From positions 1 through 63,038 of the forward strand of contig JBAYFY010000005.1 in the NCBI GenBank assembly GCA_041666945.1: a stretch of 63,038 bases of DNA, written 5' to 3'. The position numbers and the translations under genes were made by a program. This document shows positions 55,096-62,915 of this stretch, one piece after another. The notes below the pieces were generated by a model, which worked only from the letters and a program-made list of their open reading frames with translations, did no database searches and was not told the origin of the DNA. This stretch comes from Candidatus Buchananbacteria bacterium. GTDB lineage: Bacteria > Patescibacteriota > Patescibacteriia > 2-01-FULL-39-33. Each line of letters opens with the position of its first letter. Position 1 is the stretch's first letter.

Positions 55096-56577
55096 ATGTC
55101 AGAGACACCAGCAAGCAGTTGTTCCACAGGCGATACCAGACGGGGCAATAGAAGAAATGCCCATAAGGTCATAGTAGAAGATTGGAATGGATCTGCTAAT
55201 CCAGATAAGTTCAAAACAATCGCCAGAAATGTTTTATTGCCGGTTGTTAATAAAGATATTGTTATCAGCGTTCCCCACTGCCGGATAAAACCGCTGTCTT
55301 CTGATGGCAAGTTCCATATTGAAATTTGGTCATCGCCGGAAAAGCTTCTTCCCCTTGTTCCGCCGCCGAAAGAGATGTGGGGCCAAGAAGTGTCTTGTTA
55401 CGATTCCTTATATAGAGCTACCGGTTCAGGAGAAGCCATTATTGATGAAACCACCGGCTGGGCGGTAGCAGAGTTATTTCCTGACAATCTCTATATTCAT
55501 TTTGATATTTGTCATAATGGCGACCCTGAAGAATTGAAGATTTTTAAGCTGCTTTTGAAAAGAGTAGCGGAATTTTTGCAACTTTCTCCGGCTGATAAAG
55601 CCAAGTTGAAAAAACAAGATGAGGAAAAAATTTTAACTGTTAACAAAGAGAGATATGCGAAATTGCTTTTAACTTTTTCCCAAGATAAAAATTCAAGGGA
55701 CGATAGTAGAGAGCAAGTTGAAGAAATGGAGCGGCAAATCAAACAACACAGAGTCGCCTTGACTCGACTTTTATTTAGCCGGGAAGTAATCAATAGGAAA
55801 AGGGCGGATACTTCCTCCCGTTTCAGGAGTCGGGAAAAACTTTTAATTGAATTTGATCAATTGAGATCCATGCCTAAAATAAAAGACGTGACTGTTTATG
55901 AAGATGATGTTATCAGCGTGACCACTGACATTCTGTATTGTCGCAATAAAGTTACGGGACTGCTGTATGAAATCGGAGCTTTTCGCCTGGATATTAGGCC
56001 AGAATTGCCGATTGATGATGAGGATTTTCAAGATAACATCGCCTTCACCAATCTCACCAGAGTGATTAAAACTGGACTTTCTCAAACATCGCAACACCCC
56101 CACATTTTTAATACCAAAGACAATTTTTGTTTGGGTAATGCCGAAGAAATAATTCCGGAGTTACTGTCCGGATTGGAGATTAAAGCCCTAATCAGCGTGA
56201 TGATTCAGTTTATTGAATCAGTCAATCTTGACGATTCTGCCGGAAAAGAACTTTTTCTTTGGCCTTTGGCGCCGCTTAAAATGCAATCTCCCGCAGTCCA
56301 AGACGAATTAAAAAGATTGAGACAAGCTGGTTTGTGGGGGCGTAACCCTTTTAGTAAAGTTGATGACAGCCATTGTTCCAGTAACTTTATAAAAATAGCG
56401 AAAAGCAGCCCTAAGAATTCCGTTGTTGTTTGGCAGTTAGGTGGAGATCATTGGTGTTTAAACGGCCGAAGAGACGATCAAGTTTATACGGATACCTTGG
56501 CAAGATGGCTGAAAGTAACCGATGATTGGGTTTATGCCATTATGAGAGATTATTTTTTTGTGATATCGAATAATTAG
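55096..56577 (+). CDS. E2 (UBC)-like protein with large N-terminal extension, coiled-coil region and C-terminal tail
   Basis: 493 aa with strong SD GAGGAGG. ..IAFTNLTRV..QHPHIFNTKDNFCLGN.. contains HPH 334-336 and Cys345 (nt 56128-56130). It is followed by the helix EEIIPELLSGLEIKALISVMIQFIES, the E2 HPN-Cys-helix layout. Confidence 0.6.
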   Translation: MSETPASSCSTGDTRRGNRRNAHKVIVEDWNGSANPDKFKTIARNVLLPVVNKDIVISVPHCRIKPLSSDGKFHIEIWSSPEKLLPLVPPPKEMWGQEVSCYDSLYRATGSGEAIIDETTGWAVAELFPDNLYIHFDICHNGDPEELKIFKLLLKRVAEFLQLSPADKAKLKKQDEEKILTVNKERYAKLLLTFSQDKNSRDDSREQVEEMERQIKQHRVALTRLLFSREVINRKRADTSSRFRSREKLLIEFDQLRSMPKIKDVTVYEDDVISVTTDILYCRNKVTGLLYEIGAFRLDIRPELPIDDEDFQDNIAFTNLTRVIKTGLSQTSQHPHIFNTKDNFCLGNAEEIIPELLSGLEIKALISVMIQFIESVNLDDSAGKELFLWPLAPLKMQSPAVQDELKRLRQAGLWGRNPFSKVDDSHCSSNFIKIAKSSPKNSVVVWQLGGDHWCLNGRRDDQVYTDTLARWLKVTDDWVYAIMRDYFFVISNN

Positions 56578-56644
56578 TGATACCGAATCAGATGAGTGTG
56601 GCAGAAAGCGGCAAAACAAAACAAAATCAACCGGGAGAGAATAA

Positions 56645-57358
56645 ATGCTGAAAGCGAGAAAACCAGGCGCAAGAACGGGCGTTGCCCAGCCGACCAGACC
56701 CAAGGCGGCTTATTTTCGGCCGCACGCCTTTGAAAACAGAGTAACCGTAATCGGCGGTGGTGAACCGCTAATTATGGTTACGCCGGAAGTCCAAGAAGAA
56801 ATGTATCATATTACCGATCAGGCCAGAGCGGAGGCGGGCTGGTTGGGGACTGTTTCCGAACTTGCCCTCCGTACCTATCTGATTGACAGGATCTTCATTT
56901 TTAAGCAGAGAGTTGATGGGGTTACCAACACTTTGACCAAAGAAGGTTTGTCGGCGACGGGTATAGAGATACTTAAAGAACCAGGCGGCATGGAAACCTG
57001 GAACAGAATAAAATTCTGGGGTCACAACCATGGCACTCTGTCAACCACTCCGTCAATTCAGGATAATGAACAATTGTTTACGTTTAGAAAATCCGGCCAC
57101 TCCTATTTTATTCGCGGGATCATCAACCGAGAGGGCAGAATGGAATTTTCTATCATTTATTATGATCAGGGAATTTTAATTGAAGACGTTCCTTGGCAGG
57201 TTTTTAATCCCATCGGCACCAGCCGCGCCCCAGCCATTGCCAAAGAATTGGCAGAAAAAGTTACCTGGATTAAAGGCAGGCGCGCCTTTGGGAATTCAGT
57301 CGATATGGCTGCTTATTTTGCTGCAGCGGCAATGGCGCCAGGCGAACATTATGAGTAG
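56645..57358 (+). CDS. JAMM/MPN+ (JAB) metalloisopeptidase
   Basis: 237 aa with E63 and a complete H127-N-H129-x7-S137-x2-D140 motif (WGHNHGTLSTTPSIQD, nt 57023-57064). Confidence 0.8.
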   Translation: MLKARKPGARTGVAQPTRPKAAYFRPHAFENRVTVIGGGEPLIMVTPEVQEEMYHITDQARAEAGWLGTVSELALRTYLIDRIFIFKQRVDGVTNTLTKEGLSATGIEILKEPGGMETWNRIKFWGHNHGTLSTTPSIQDNEQLFTFRKSGHSYFIRGIINREGRMEFSIIYYDQGILIEDVPWQVFNPIGTSRAPAIAKELAEKVTWIKGRRAFGNSVDMAAYFAAAAMAPGEHYE

Positions 57359-58046
57359 CATTAACCCCACGCGCCATTTGCAGGTATTTTCTCCTCAAGA
57401 ATTTAACAAAGCCGGCTATAAGATTGACGTGATTGGTTGCGGAGCGACCGGTTCGCGCCTCGTGCTGTCTTTGGCCAAGTTAGGCATTACTAATATCCGC
57501 GTTTGGGATTTTGATAAGGTCCAAGCCCATAACATTCCTAATCAGGCCTTTAACTTGGCGACGGATATCAACCGGCTTAAAGTGGAGGCGATACGGGATG
57601 CGGTTTCGGCCGCGACTGGCACCACCATAGAGATATGCGATACCAAGGTGGACGGCAGCCAAGAATTAGGCGATATTGTCTTTCTCTTGACAGATACCAT
57701 GGCCTCGCGTAGAATGATTTGGGAAGGCGCTATTAAATTAAAGGCAGCCGTTCGGCTGATGGTGGAAACGCGTTTGGGCGTTGAATCGGGCAAGATTTAT
57801 ACCATTCATCCCGGGCGTCTTAGCCATATTAATGCCTGGGAAAGCACTTTGTGCGAAGATCGCGTAGCGACGCCCAGCGCTTGCGGAGCCGTTGTGTCAG
57901 TCGGAGCGACAGCGGAAATTATTTCCGGTTTTGCCCAATGGCAATTAATCAGATGGTTTCAGATTCAACAAGGAAAGGAGACGGATTTGGCCAACGAAAT
58001 AATTTTTTCTCTTCGCCCCCCCATGATATTGACGAGAAATTTTTAG
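57351..58046 (+). CDS. minimal E1-like ThiF/MoeB-family adenylyltransferase (231 aa)
   Basis: The ATG at 57351 overlaps the JAB stop (ATGAGTAG). It carries IDVIGCGATGS (GxGxxG), DFDKVQAHNIPNQ and LLTDTMASRR. The track ORF start at 57180 is an in-frame upstream artefact. Confidence 0.8.
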   Translation: MSSINPTRHLQVFSPQEFNKAGYKIDVIGCGATGSRLVLSLAKLGITNIRVWDFDKVQAHNIPNQAFNLATDINRLKVEAIRDAVSAATGTTIEICDTKVDGSQELGDIVFLLTDTMASRRMIWEGAIKLKAAVRLMVETRLGVESGKIYTIHPGRLSHINAWESTLCEDRVATPSACGAVVSVGATAEIISGFAQWQLIRWFQIQQGKETDLANEIIFSLRPPMILTRNF

Positions 58047-58131
58047 CAGTTTTTAATAATTGCAAACAGCAGAGCCGTGTGTTGCGGTTTTGCCGATAGT
58101 AATGCGGTACAACCAATAAGGAGGGTTAGTC

Positions 58132-58374
58132 ATGCCCGAAAAGAAAGTGTCCCAAGATAAAGGATTTATTGGTGTCAAGGTTGCCAAATTGCCAGGCCTG
58201 GTTAAGGAAATCGGCCTGAATGGCAGACGGACAGTCGCCGACGCGTTGGAAGGCGCCGATCTGGATGCGGAAGAAGGTTACGAGCTCCGCGTCAACAACG
58301 AAGTCGTGGGAACCGATCATGTTTTGTCCGACGGGGACATCGTGCTTTTGGTGGAAGAGATCACCGGCAATTAA
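58132..58374 (+). CDS. ubiquitin-like beta-grasp protein (ThiS/MoaD-like), C-terminus ..EEITGN
   Basis: 80 aa with SD AAGGAGGG. ..LRVNNEVVGTDHVLSDGDIVLLVEEITGN parallels the ThiS ..vNge.v....L.dGD.v.i...vgGG. Confidence 0.6.
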   Translation: MPEKKVSQDKGFIGVKVAKLPGLVKEIGLNGRRTVADALEGADLDAEEGYELRVNNEVVGTDHVLSDGDIVLLVEEITGN

Positions 58375-58415
58375 AGCCGGGCAGGAAAGTATGTTTTAGT
58401 TCATTAGCTTGTTAT

Positions 58416-58445
58416 AGCCGGATCGCGTATCCGGCTTTTTCTTTT
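58416..58445 (+). terminator. intrinsic terminator of the Ubl operon
   Basis: agccgga/tccggct stem followed by a T-run. Confidence 0.7.
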
Positions 58446-58537
58446 GGCGATTTCATATCCTTTACAAATCTTCAATAAGGTGCTAAGATAGTAGTGTTTT
58501 ACCGTTAGAATAAGTTCTGTTCCAGGTTTGAAATTAA

Positions 58538-58611
58538 GGGCAATTAGCTCAGTTGGTTAGAGCGTCTCGTTGACGTCGAGAAGGTCAGTGGTTCGAATCC
58601 ACTATTGCCCA
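58538..58611 (+). tRNA. tRNA-Val (GAC)
   Basis: Acceptor gggcaat/attgccc, anticodon loop TTGACGT, T-arm agtgg-ttcgaat-ccact. Confidence 0.9.
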
Positions 58612-58619
58612 CATAAAAC

Positions 58620-58646
58620 AAAAACAGCTTAAGTGCTGTTTTTTTG
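58620..58646 (+). terminator. intrinsic terminator after tRNA-Val
   Basis: aacagc/gctgtt stem followed by TTTTT. Confidence 0.65.
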
Positions 58647-58672
58647 TCTACAAAAAAAGCGCCAAGATGGCG

Positions 58673-59449
58673 CTATTCCCTTATAAAGATCTTGATGGGC
58701 TGTTCATCGTGTTTTTCTTCAGTTATAGCAACGGTAAAATAAAACCAATCAACCTGGCTTTCTCCGACGGGCCGCCAGATTTCCTCCTCGCCCTCTTCGC
58801 CTTCTCCGCTAAGGCAAATCACTTGGTAAGCGACGGCTTTAACGGCCACCAGATAACTGATGTCGCGGCTTCGGGCTCCGTCAGCTTTTTTGCCGTCATC
58901 CCCTAACCGGTCGTTGTCCTTGGGACAATTTTCCGGAGCCGGTCTTAAGAAGCCGTTTCGGAATTCTTCAATGTATAATTGTCCGTCCCCTCGGATGACC
59001 CAATGCCCGATTTTAGTGCCGCGGATGTCTTCCGGAATAAAGAAGGAATAATTTTTTTCTGCCGGGCGGATTTTGCCTTTGGCAACTAAGCGCGAATCGG
59101 CATAAACTTCCCAGTGCAGTTCAAATTCCAATCCTTCGTTTTTATACTCGGCCGTTACGCCGTAGTTCATGTCAATTCTCGCCTCAACGCGCTGGCAAGC
59201 GTCTTCCGGCGGCAAGAAGATTTTTTGGACTGAACCGAACAACCGTTCGGAATCGTTTCTTTTTCGCAAATCGTCATTGGTTTGATCGGCGTCGGTGCAA
59301 TTGTAGAAAAAAACCGGATGAAGGTTAAGGAAAGTGTAAATCTGATTTTCCATCAGGGGCAATTGGTTGCCCTGAAAAAAAATCATCTCCTCGGCGGCGG
59401 GCAAAGGGCAGAGCAAAAGCAAGCAGGCGAGCAGGGGCAGTAGTTTCAT
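58673..59449 (-). CDS. secreted hypothetical protein
   Basis: 258 aa with the signal peptide MKLLPLLACLLLLCPLPAAEE. Confidence 0.55.
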   Translation of the reverse strand: MKLLPLLACLLLLCPLPAAEEMIFFQGNQLPLMENQIYTFLNLHPVFFYNCTDADQTNDDLRKRNDSERLFGSVQKIFLPPEDACQRVEARIDMNYGVTAEYKNEGLEFELHWEVYADSRLVAKGKIRPAEKNYSFFIPEDIRGTKIGHWVIRGDGQLYIEEFRNGFLRPAPENCPKDNDRLGDDGKKADGARSRDISYLVAVKAVAYQVICLSGEGEEGEEEIWRPVGESQVDWFYFTVAITEEKHDEQPIKIFIRE

Positions 59450-59495
59450 GGCACATCCTCCTCTTGGTTGCGGTTTGAAAGAACTTAATTAACAG

Positions 59496-59662
59496 TAGGC
59501 CTGAATGGATTTGAACCATCGACATCTACCTTAATTCATTCCGTAAGTTTTTGCTTTGGCAAAAACGAAGGATAGCGGTCTGGCGTCGGCGGCGGCCGAC
59601 ACAAAAGGAATATAGCCAACCTGGTGTCCGGCGTAGCCGGACTTGGCTAATAAGGGTAGCGC
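59496..59662 (-). pseudogene. partial tRNA-Ile copy (positions ~22-76) interrupted in the anticodon loop by a ~114-nt hairpin-rich insert
   Basis: 59496-59534 matches the 3' half of the intact tRNA with 1 mismatch. 59649-59662 matches ataagggtagcgc. The acceptor 5' strand and D-arm are absent. Confidence 0.6.
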
Positions 59663-59678
59663 GAAAAATCTCTCTTAG

Positions 59679-59751
59679 TAGGCCTGGATGGATTTGAACC
59701 ATCGACATCTACCTTATAAGGGTAGCGCTCTAACCACTGAGCTACAGGCCC
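59679..59751 (-). tRNA. tRNA-Ile (UAU)
   Basis: Revcomp folds as GGGCCTG TA GCTC AGTGGTTA GAGC G CTACC CTTATAA GGTAG ATGTC GATGG TTCAAAT CCATC CAGGCCT A. Confidence 0.85.
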
Positions 59752-59882
59752 AAAAACAGCCGATTAAACGGCTATAGTAAGATATTAACACAATTTGGAG
59801 AGATTTTCAAGCATCAACATTGACTTTTTGTTAAAATTAAGCTAAAATTTATCTTCTATCCAATGTATTGTATAATGTAATT

Positions 59883-61406
59883 ATGGATAAAGCGACAGCA
59901 AAAATGAAAAATTGGCAAAAGGCGTCCTTGGGTCAGCCCGAGTTTTCGTTTATCAAAAAATTCAGCAAGCAGCACCCGGAAGCGAAAATTTACTTAGTCG
60001 GCGGAGCGGTGCGCGATATCTTGTTGGAACGGCCTACCAAAGATTATGACTTTGTCATCGCCGGCGCGCCGGCCGAAACGATGGAGAAATTTTTCAGCTC
60101 GCTGGGCGAAGTTAATCTGGTGGGCAAAAGCTTCGGCGTATTCAAGTTCATACCCGAGGGTTTTCATGTCGGCGACGATAATTTTGAAGCGATTGATATT
60201 GCTCTGCCCCGCACCGAAGTGGCGGGCATGAGCGGCGGCTACAAGGACTTTGAAGTCCAGAGCGATCCGGACTTGCCGATTGAGTCGGACTTGTCGCGCC
60301 GCGATTTCACCATTAACGCTTTGGCCTGGGATGTGACGGCGGAAAAAATAATTGACGAATTCGGCGGCTTGCAGGATTTAATGGCCAAGACGCTTCGAGC
60401 CATCGGTGATCCGGCGCAGAGATTCCAGGAAGATTATACCCGCATGTTGCGCGGCATTCGTTTTGTCTGCCAACTTGATTTTGTTCTGGAGCCGGCAACG
60501 CGAAAAATCATCAAAGCCAAAGCGGCCAAGATTAAAACCATCGCGCCCGAGAGGATCAATGAAGAATTCACCAAGATTATCATGTCTGCCGGCCCGGAAA
60601 AAGGCATCAGGTTGATGCAGGACATCGGTTTGCTTCAGGTTTTGATTCCGGAATTATCCGCCGCTTTCGGCGTGACGCAGAATTTGCATCATATTTATGA
60701 TGTGTTTGAACACAGCGTCAGGGCGCTGCAAGCCGGAGCCGATCGCGGTTATAAACTGGAAGTCCGTTTGGCCGCTTTGCTGCACGATATCGGCAAGCCG
60801 CAAACCAAAGAGGGCAATGGCCCAAAATCAACTTTTTACAACCATGATATTGTCGGCGCCAAAATCGCCGGAAAGATTCTGCGGCGCTTGAATTATTCCA
60901 ATGAGATTACCGGTTACGTTACCCATCTGGTGCGTTACCACATGTTTTATTACGCCCTGGACATCGTGTCCGACGCCGGCGTGCGCCGCTTGCTGGCGCG
61001 CTTGGGCAAAGACAATATAGATGATTTTATCGCTGTGCGCATTTGCGACCGCCTGGGCATGGGCCGGCCCAAAGCCAAACCCTGGAAACTGATCCAATTG
61101 GAGCGGAGATTTAAGGAAGTGCAATTGGATCCGATTACGCCCAAAATGCTCCTGCTTAAAGGCGATGAACTGATGCAACTGTTGGAGATTGCTCCCGGCC
61201 CGCGCGTCGGTTTGATTTTAAACGCTTTACTTAGCGATATTCTGGAAGATCCCAAGAAAAACAAGCATGATTATTTGGCCGAACGCGCCAAGGAATTGCA
61301 GAAGTTGCCCGATAAGGAATTAAAACGGCTTAATCCGGACGTGAAATTTTATGACGAAGAGAGAAAACGCAATTTACACCGCGCCAATTCCGATGATGAC
61401 GCCTAA
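59883..61406 (+). CDS. cca: CCA-adding enzyme / tRNA nucleotidyltransferase with HD domain
   Basis: ..IYLVGGAVRDILL..DYDF.., ..RRDFTINA.., HD region ..LLHDIGKP... The ATG at 59883 was chosen because the track start at 59868 is a TTG overlapping a TGTATAAT extended -10. Confidence 0.85.
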   Translation: MDKATAKMKNWQKASLGQPEFSFIKKFSKQHPEAKIYLVGGAVRDILLERPTKDYDFVIAGAPAETMEKFFSSLGEVNLVGKSFGVFKFIPEGFHVGDDNFEAIDIALPRTEVAGMSGGYKDFEVQSDPDLPIESDLSRRDFTINALAWDVTAEKIIDEFGGLQDLMAKTLRAIGDPAQRFQEDYTRMLRGIRFVCQLDFVLEPATRKIIKAKAAKIKTIAPERINEEFTKIIMSAGPEKGIRLMQDIGLLQVLIPELSAAFGVTQNLHHIYDVFEHSVRALQAGADRGYKLEVRLAALLHDIGKPQTKEGNGPKSTFYNHDIVGAKIAGKILRRLNYSNEITGYVTHLVRYHMFYYALDIVSDAGVRRLLARLGKDNIDDFIAVRICDRLGMGRPKAKPWKLIQLERRFKEVQLDPITPKMLLLKGDELMQLLEIAPGPRVGLILNALLSDILEDPKKNKHDYLAERAKELQKLPDKELKRLNPDVKFYDEERKRNLHRANSDDDA

Positions 61407-61411
61407 GAATT

Positions 61412-61436
61412 AAAAAACTCGGCCGAAACCGAGTTG
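61412..61436. terminator. bidirectional intrinsic terminator
   Basis: aactcgg/ccgagtt stem between convergent genes. Confidence 0.6.
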
Positions 61437-61457
61437 CTCAAAGAGTTGCTTAAAGAG

Positions 61458-61772
61458 CTATTTTTGCCCGAAGAATTTTTTTATTCCGGCCAGGCGTTGT
61501 TCCAAGGCGCGCTTAATTTTTCCCTCAATCTCTTTTATCACCGCTTGTTTGACTGCTTCCGGCACCACGTCGGTGGAATCAATGTTTTCCAGGGGAACGC
61601 TTTTGTCGGTATAGATTTTCCAGTCATGGATATTAAGGATATCGCAAATGTAAAGTCCGCGGGCTTGGTTGATGTTAGTAACCCAAAGGATATTGCCGGT
61701 TCGTTTGCCGGCATTAGTTTGAAAGTAGTGGCAGCCGATTTCAACCTCGAAATCCGGTGTTTGCGCGGGCAT
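61458..61772 (-). CDS. hypothetical protein
   Basis: 104 aa with SD GGAAAGGA 8 nt upstream and a terminator downstream. Preferred over the overlapping plus-strand ORF 61434..61796. Confidence 0.45.
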   Translation of the reverse strand: MPAQTPDFEVEIGCHYFQTNAGKRTGNILWVTNINQARGLYICDILNIHDWKIYTDKSVPLENIDSTDVVPEAVKQAVIKEIEGKIKRALEQRLAGIKKFFGQK

Positions 61773-61808
61773 GATTTATTCCTTTCCTATTTTTAACGAA
61801 CAATCTTT

Positions 61809-62855
61809 ATGTCAGATAATATTATTACAATTAATAAAGAAAGTCAAGGCCTGCGCCTGGACATCTTTTTGGTAGGCGAGTTAGGCCGAACCAGATCGCA
61901 GATTCAAAAACTAATCAAGTCCGGAGCGGTTGCGGTTAATGGCGAACAGCCGACCGTGCATCGGTTCTTAAAAGAGAATGACGCCATCACCATATCGGTT
62001 GAGTCCGAGGGGCAGGCGGGGAAATCTGAAGGCGATGAAAGGGATTCCTCCATTTCGCTTCGCTTCAGTCGGAATGACAAGGAGAAAGAAAACTTCAGTC
62101 GGAACAATAAGGAGAATGGCAAGGAGAAGAAACACCCCGATCGGAATAGCAAACAGTTGTGGTCGGAAATAAAAATCATTGATGACAATGACAATTATCT
62201 GATTATAGAAAAGCCGGCGGGACTTTTGGCGCATCCGACCGAACGGAATGAAACCAATACTTTAATGGACTGGGCGATTGCCCAATATCCGCAGATTAAA
62301 AAAATCGGCGAGGATCCGGCGCGCTCCGGCATTGTGCACCGTTTGGATCGCGAAGTGTCGGGACTGATGGTTATACCGAAAACCCAAGACGCTTTTGATT
62401 ATTTTAAAAAATTGTTCAAGACCAGGCAGCTGACTAAAAAATATTTGGCTTTGGTTTACGGCCGAGTCGGCCAGGACGTGGGCGAAATTAATTTCCGCCT
62501 CGGCCGCGGCAAATCCGGCGAAGGCAAATTCGCGGCTTTCCCCTTCGGGTCGGCAGCCGGCAAAGAAGCCAAGACATTGTTTGCCGCTAAGCAAAGATTC
62601 AAGAATTACACTTTGTTGGAGCTGGAGATTTTAACCGGACGCACCCACCAAATCCGTGTGCATCTTTTTGCTTTAGGCCATCCGATCGTCGGCGATAATC
62701 TTTACCGCAACAATCGCCTGAAAGAGAAACTTAATCCGGGGCGGGTGTTTTTGCACGCTTACTATTTGAGTTTTAAAAATCAGCAAGGCGACGAAAAAAT
62801 CTATCAATCCGAGTTGCCGGCAGGGTTGGCGCAAATATTGAAAAAATTGAAATAA
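61809..62855 (+). CDS. RluA/RluD-family pseudouridine synthase with S4 domain and a ~55-aa low-complexity insert
   Basis: S4-like N-terminus, HRLDREVSGLMV catalytic motif and ..GRTHQIRVH... A tandem 30-nt repeat at 62063-62122 encodes FSRNDKEKEN/FSRNNKENGK. Confidence 0.85.
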   Translation: MSDNIITINKESQGLRLDIFLVGELGRTRSQIQKLIKSGAVAVNGEQPTVHRFLKENDAITISVESEGQAGKSEGDERDSSISLRFSRNDKEKENFSRNNKENGKEKKHPDRNSKQLWSEIKIIDDNDNYLIIEKPAGLLAHPTERNETNTLMDWAIAQYPQIKKIGEDPARSGIVHRLDREVSGLMVIPKTQDAFDYFKKLFKTRQLTKKYLALVYGRVGQDVGEINFRLGRGKSGEGKFAAFPFGSAAGKEAKTLFAAKQRFKNYTLLELEILTGRTHQIRVHLFALGHPIVGDNLYRNNRLKEKLNPGRVFLHAYYLSFKNQQGDEKIYQSELPAGLAQILKKLK

Positions 62856-62886
62856 TTTTGGGTGATGACCGATCCCCCCCAACAGA

Positions 62887-62915
62887 ATGCCGCCGTAATT
62901 AAGGCGGCATTTTCG
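62887..62915 (+). terminator. intrinsic terminator
   Basis: atgccgcc/ggcggcat stem followed by a T-run. Confidence 0.6.

Noticed and set aside
54843-55310. 155-aa minus-strand ORF
   Set aside because: It spans the promoter and operator region and is antisense to the 5' end of the E2-like gene. It has no SD and an odd composition.
57180-57350. Upstream extension of the E1 ORF (track start at 57180)
   Set aside because: The extension overlaps the 3' part of the JAMM gene in another frame. The ATG at 57351, overlapping the JAMM stop, gives a canonical ThiF N-terminus.
55096-58374. Interpretation of the operon as a plain ThiS/MoaD sulfur-carrier pathway
   Set aside because: No thiazole, molybdopterin or cysteine-synthase genes are nearby, and an E2-like HPH...Cys protein is co-transcribed. 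This reading cannot be excluded without structure and homology searches, so it is kept as the main alternative.
59325-59708. Two ORFs both beginning MSMVQIH..
   Set aside because: They are translations of the duplicated tRNA-Ile T-arm and acceptor sequence on the minus strand.
61434-61796. 120-aa plus-strand ORF
   Set aside because: It overlaps the minus-strand ORF 61458..61772, which has a good SD and terminator. The plus ORF begins inside the bidirectional terminator.
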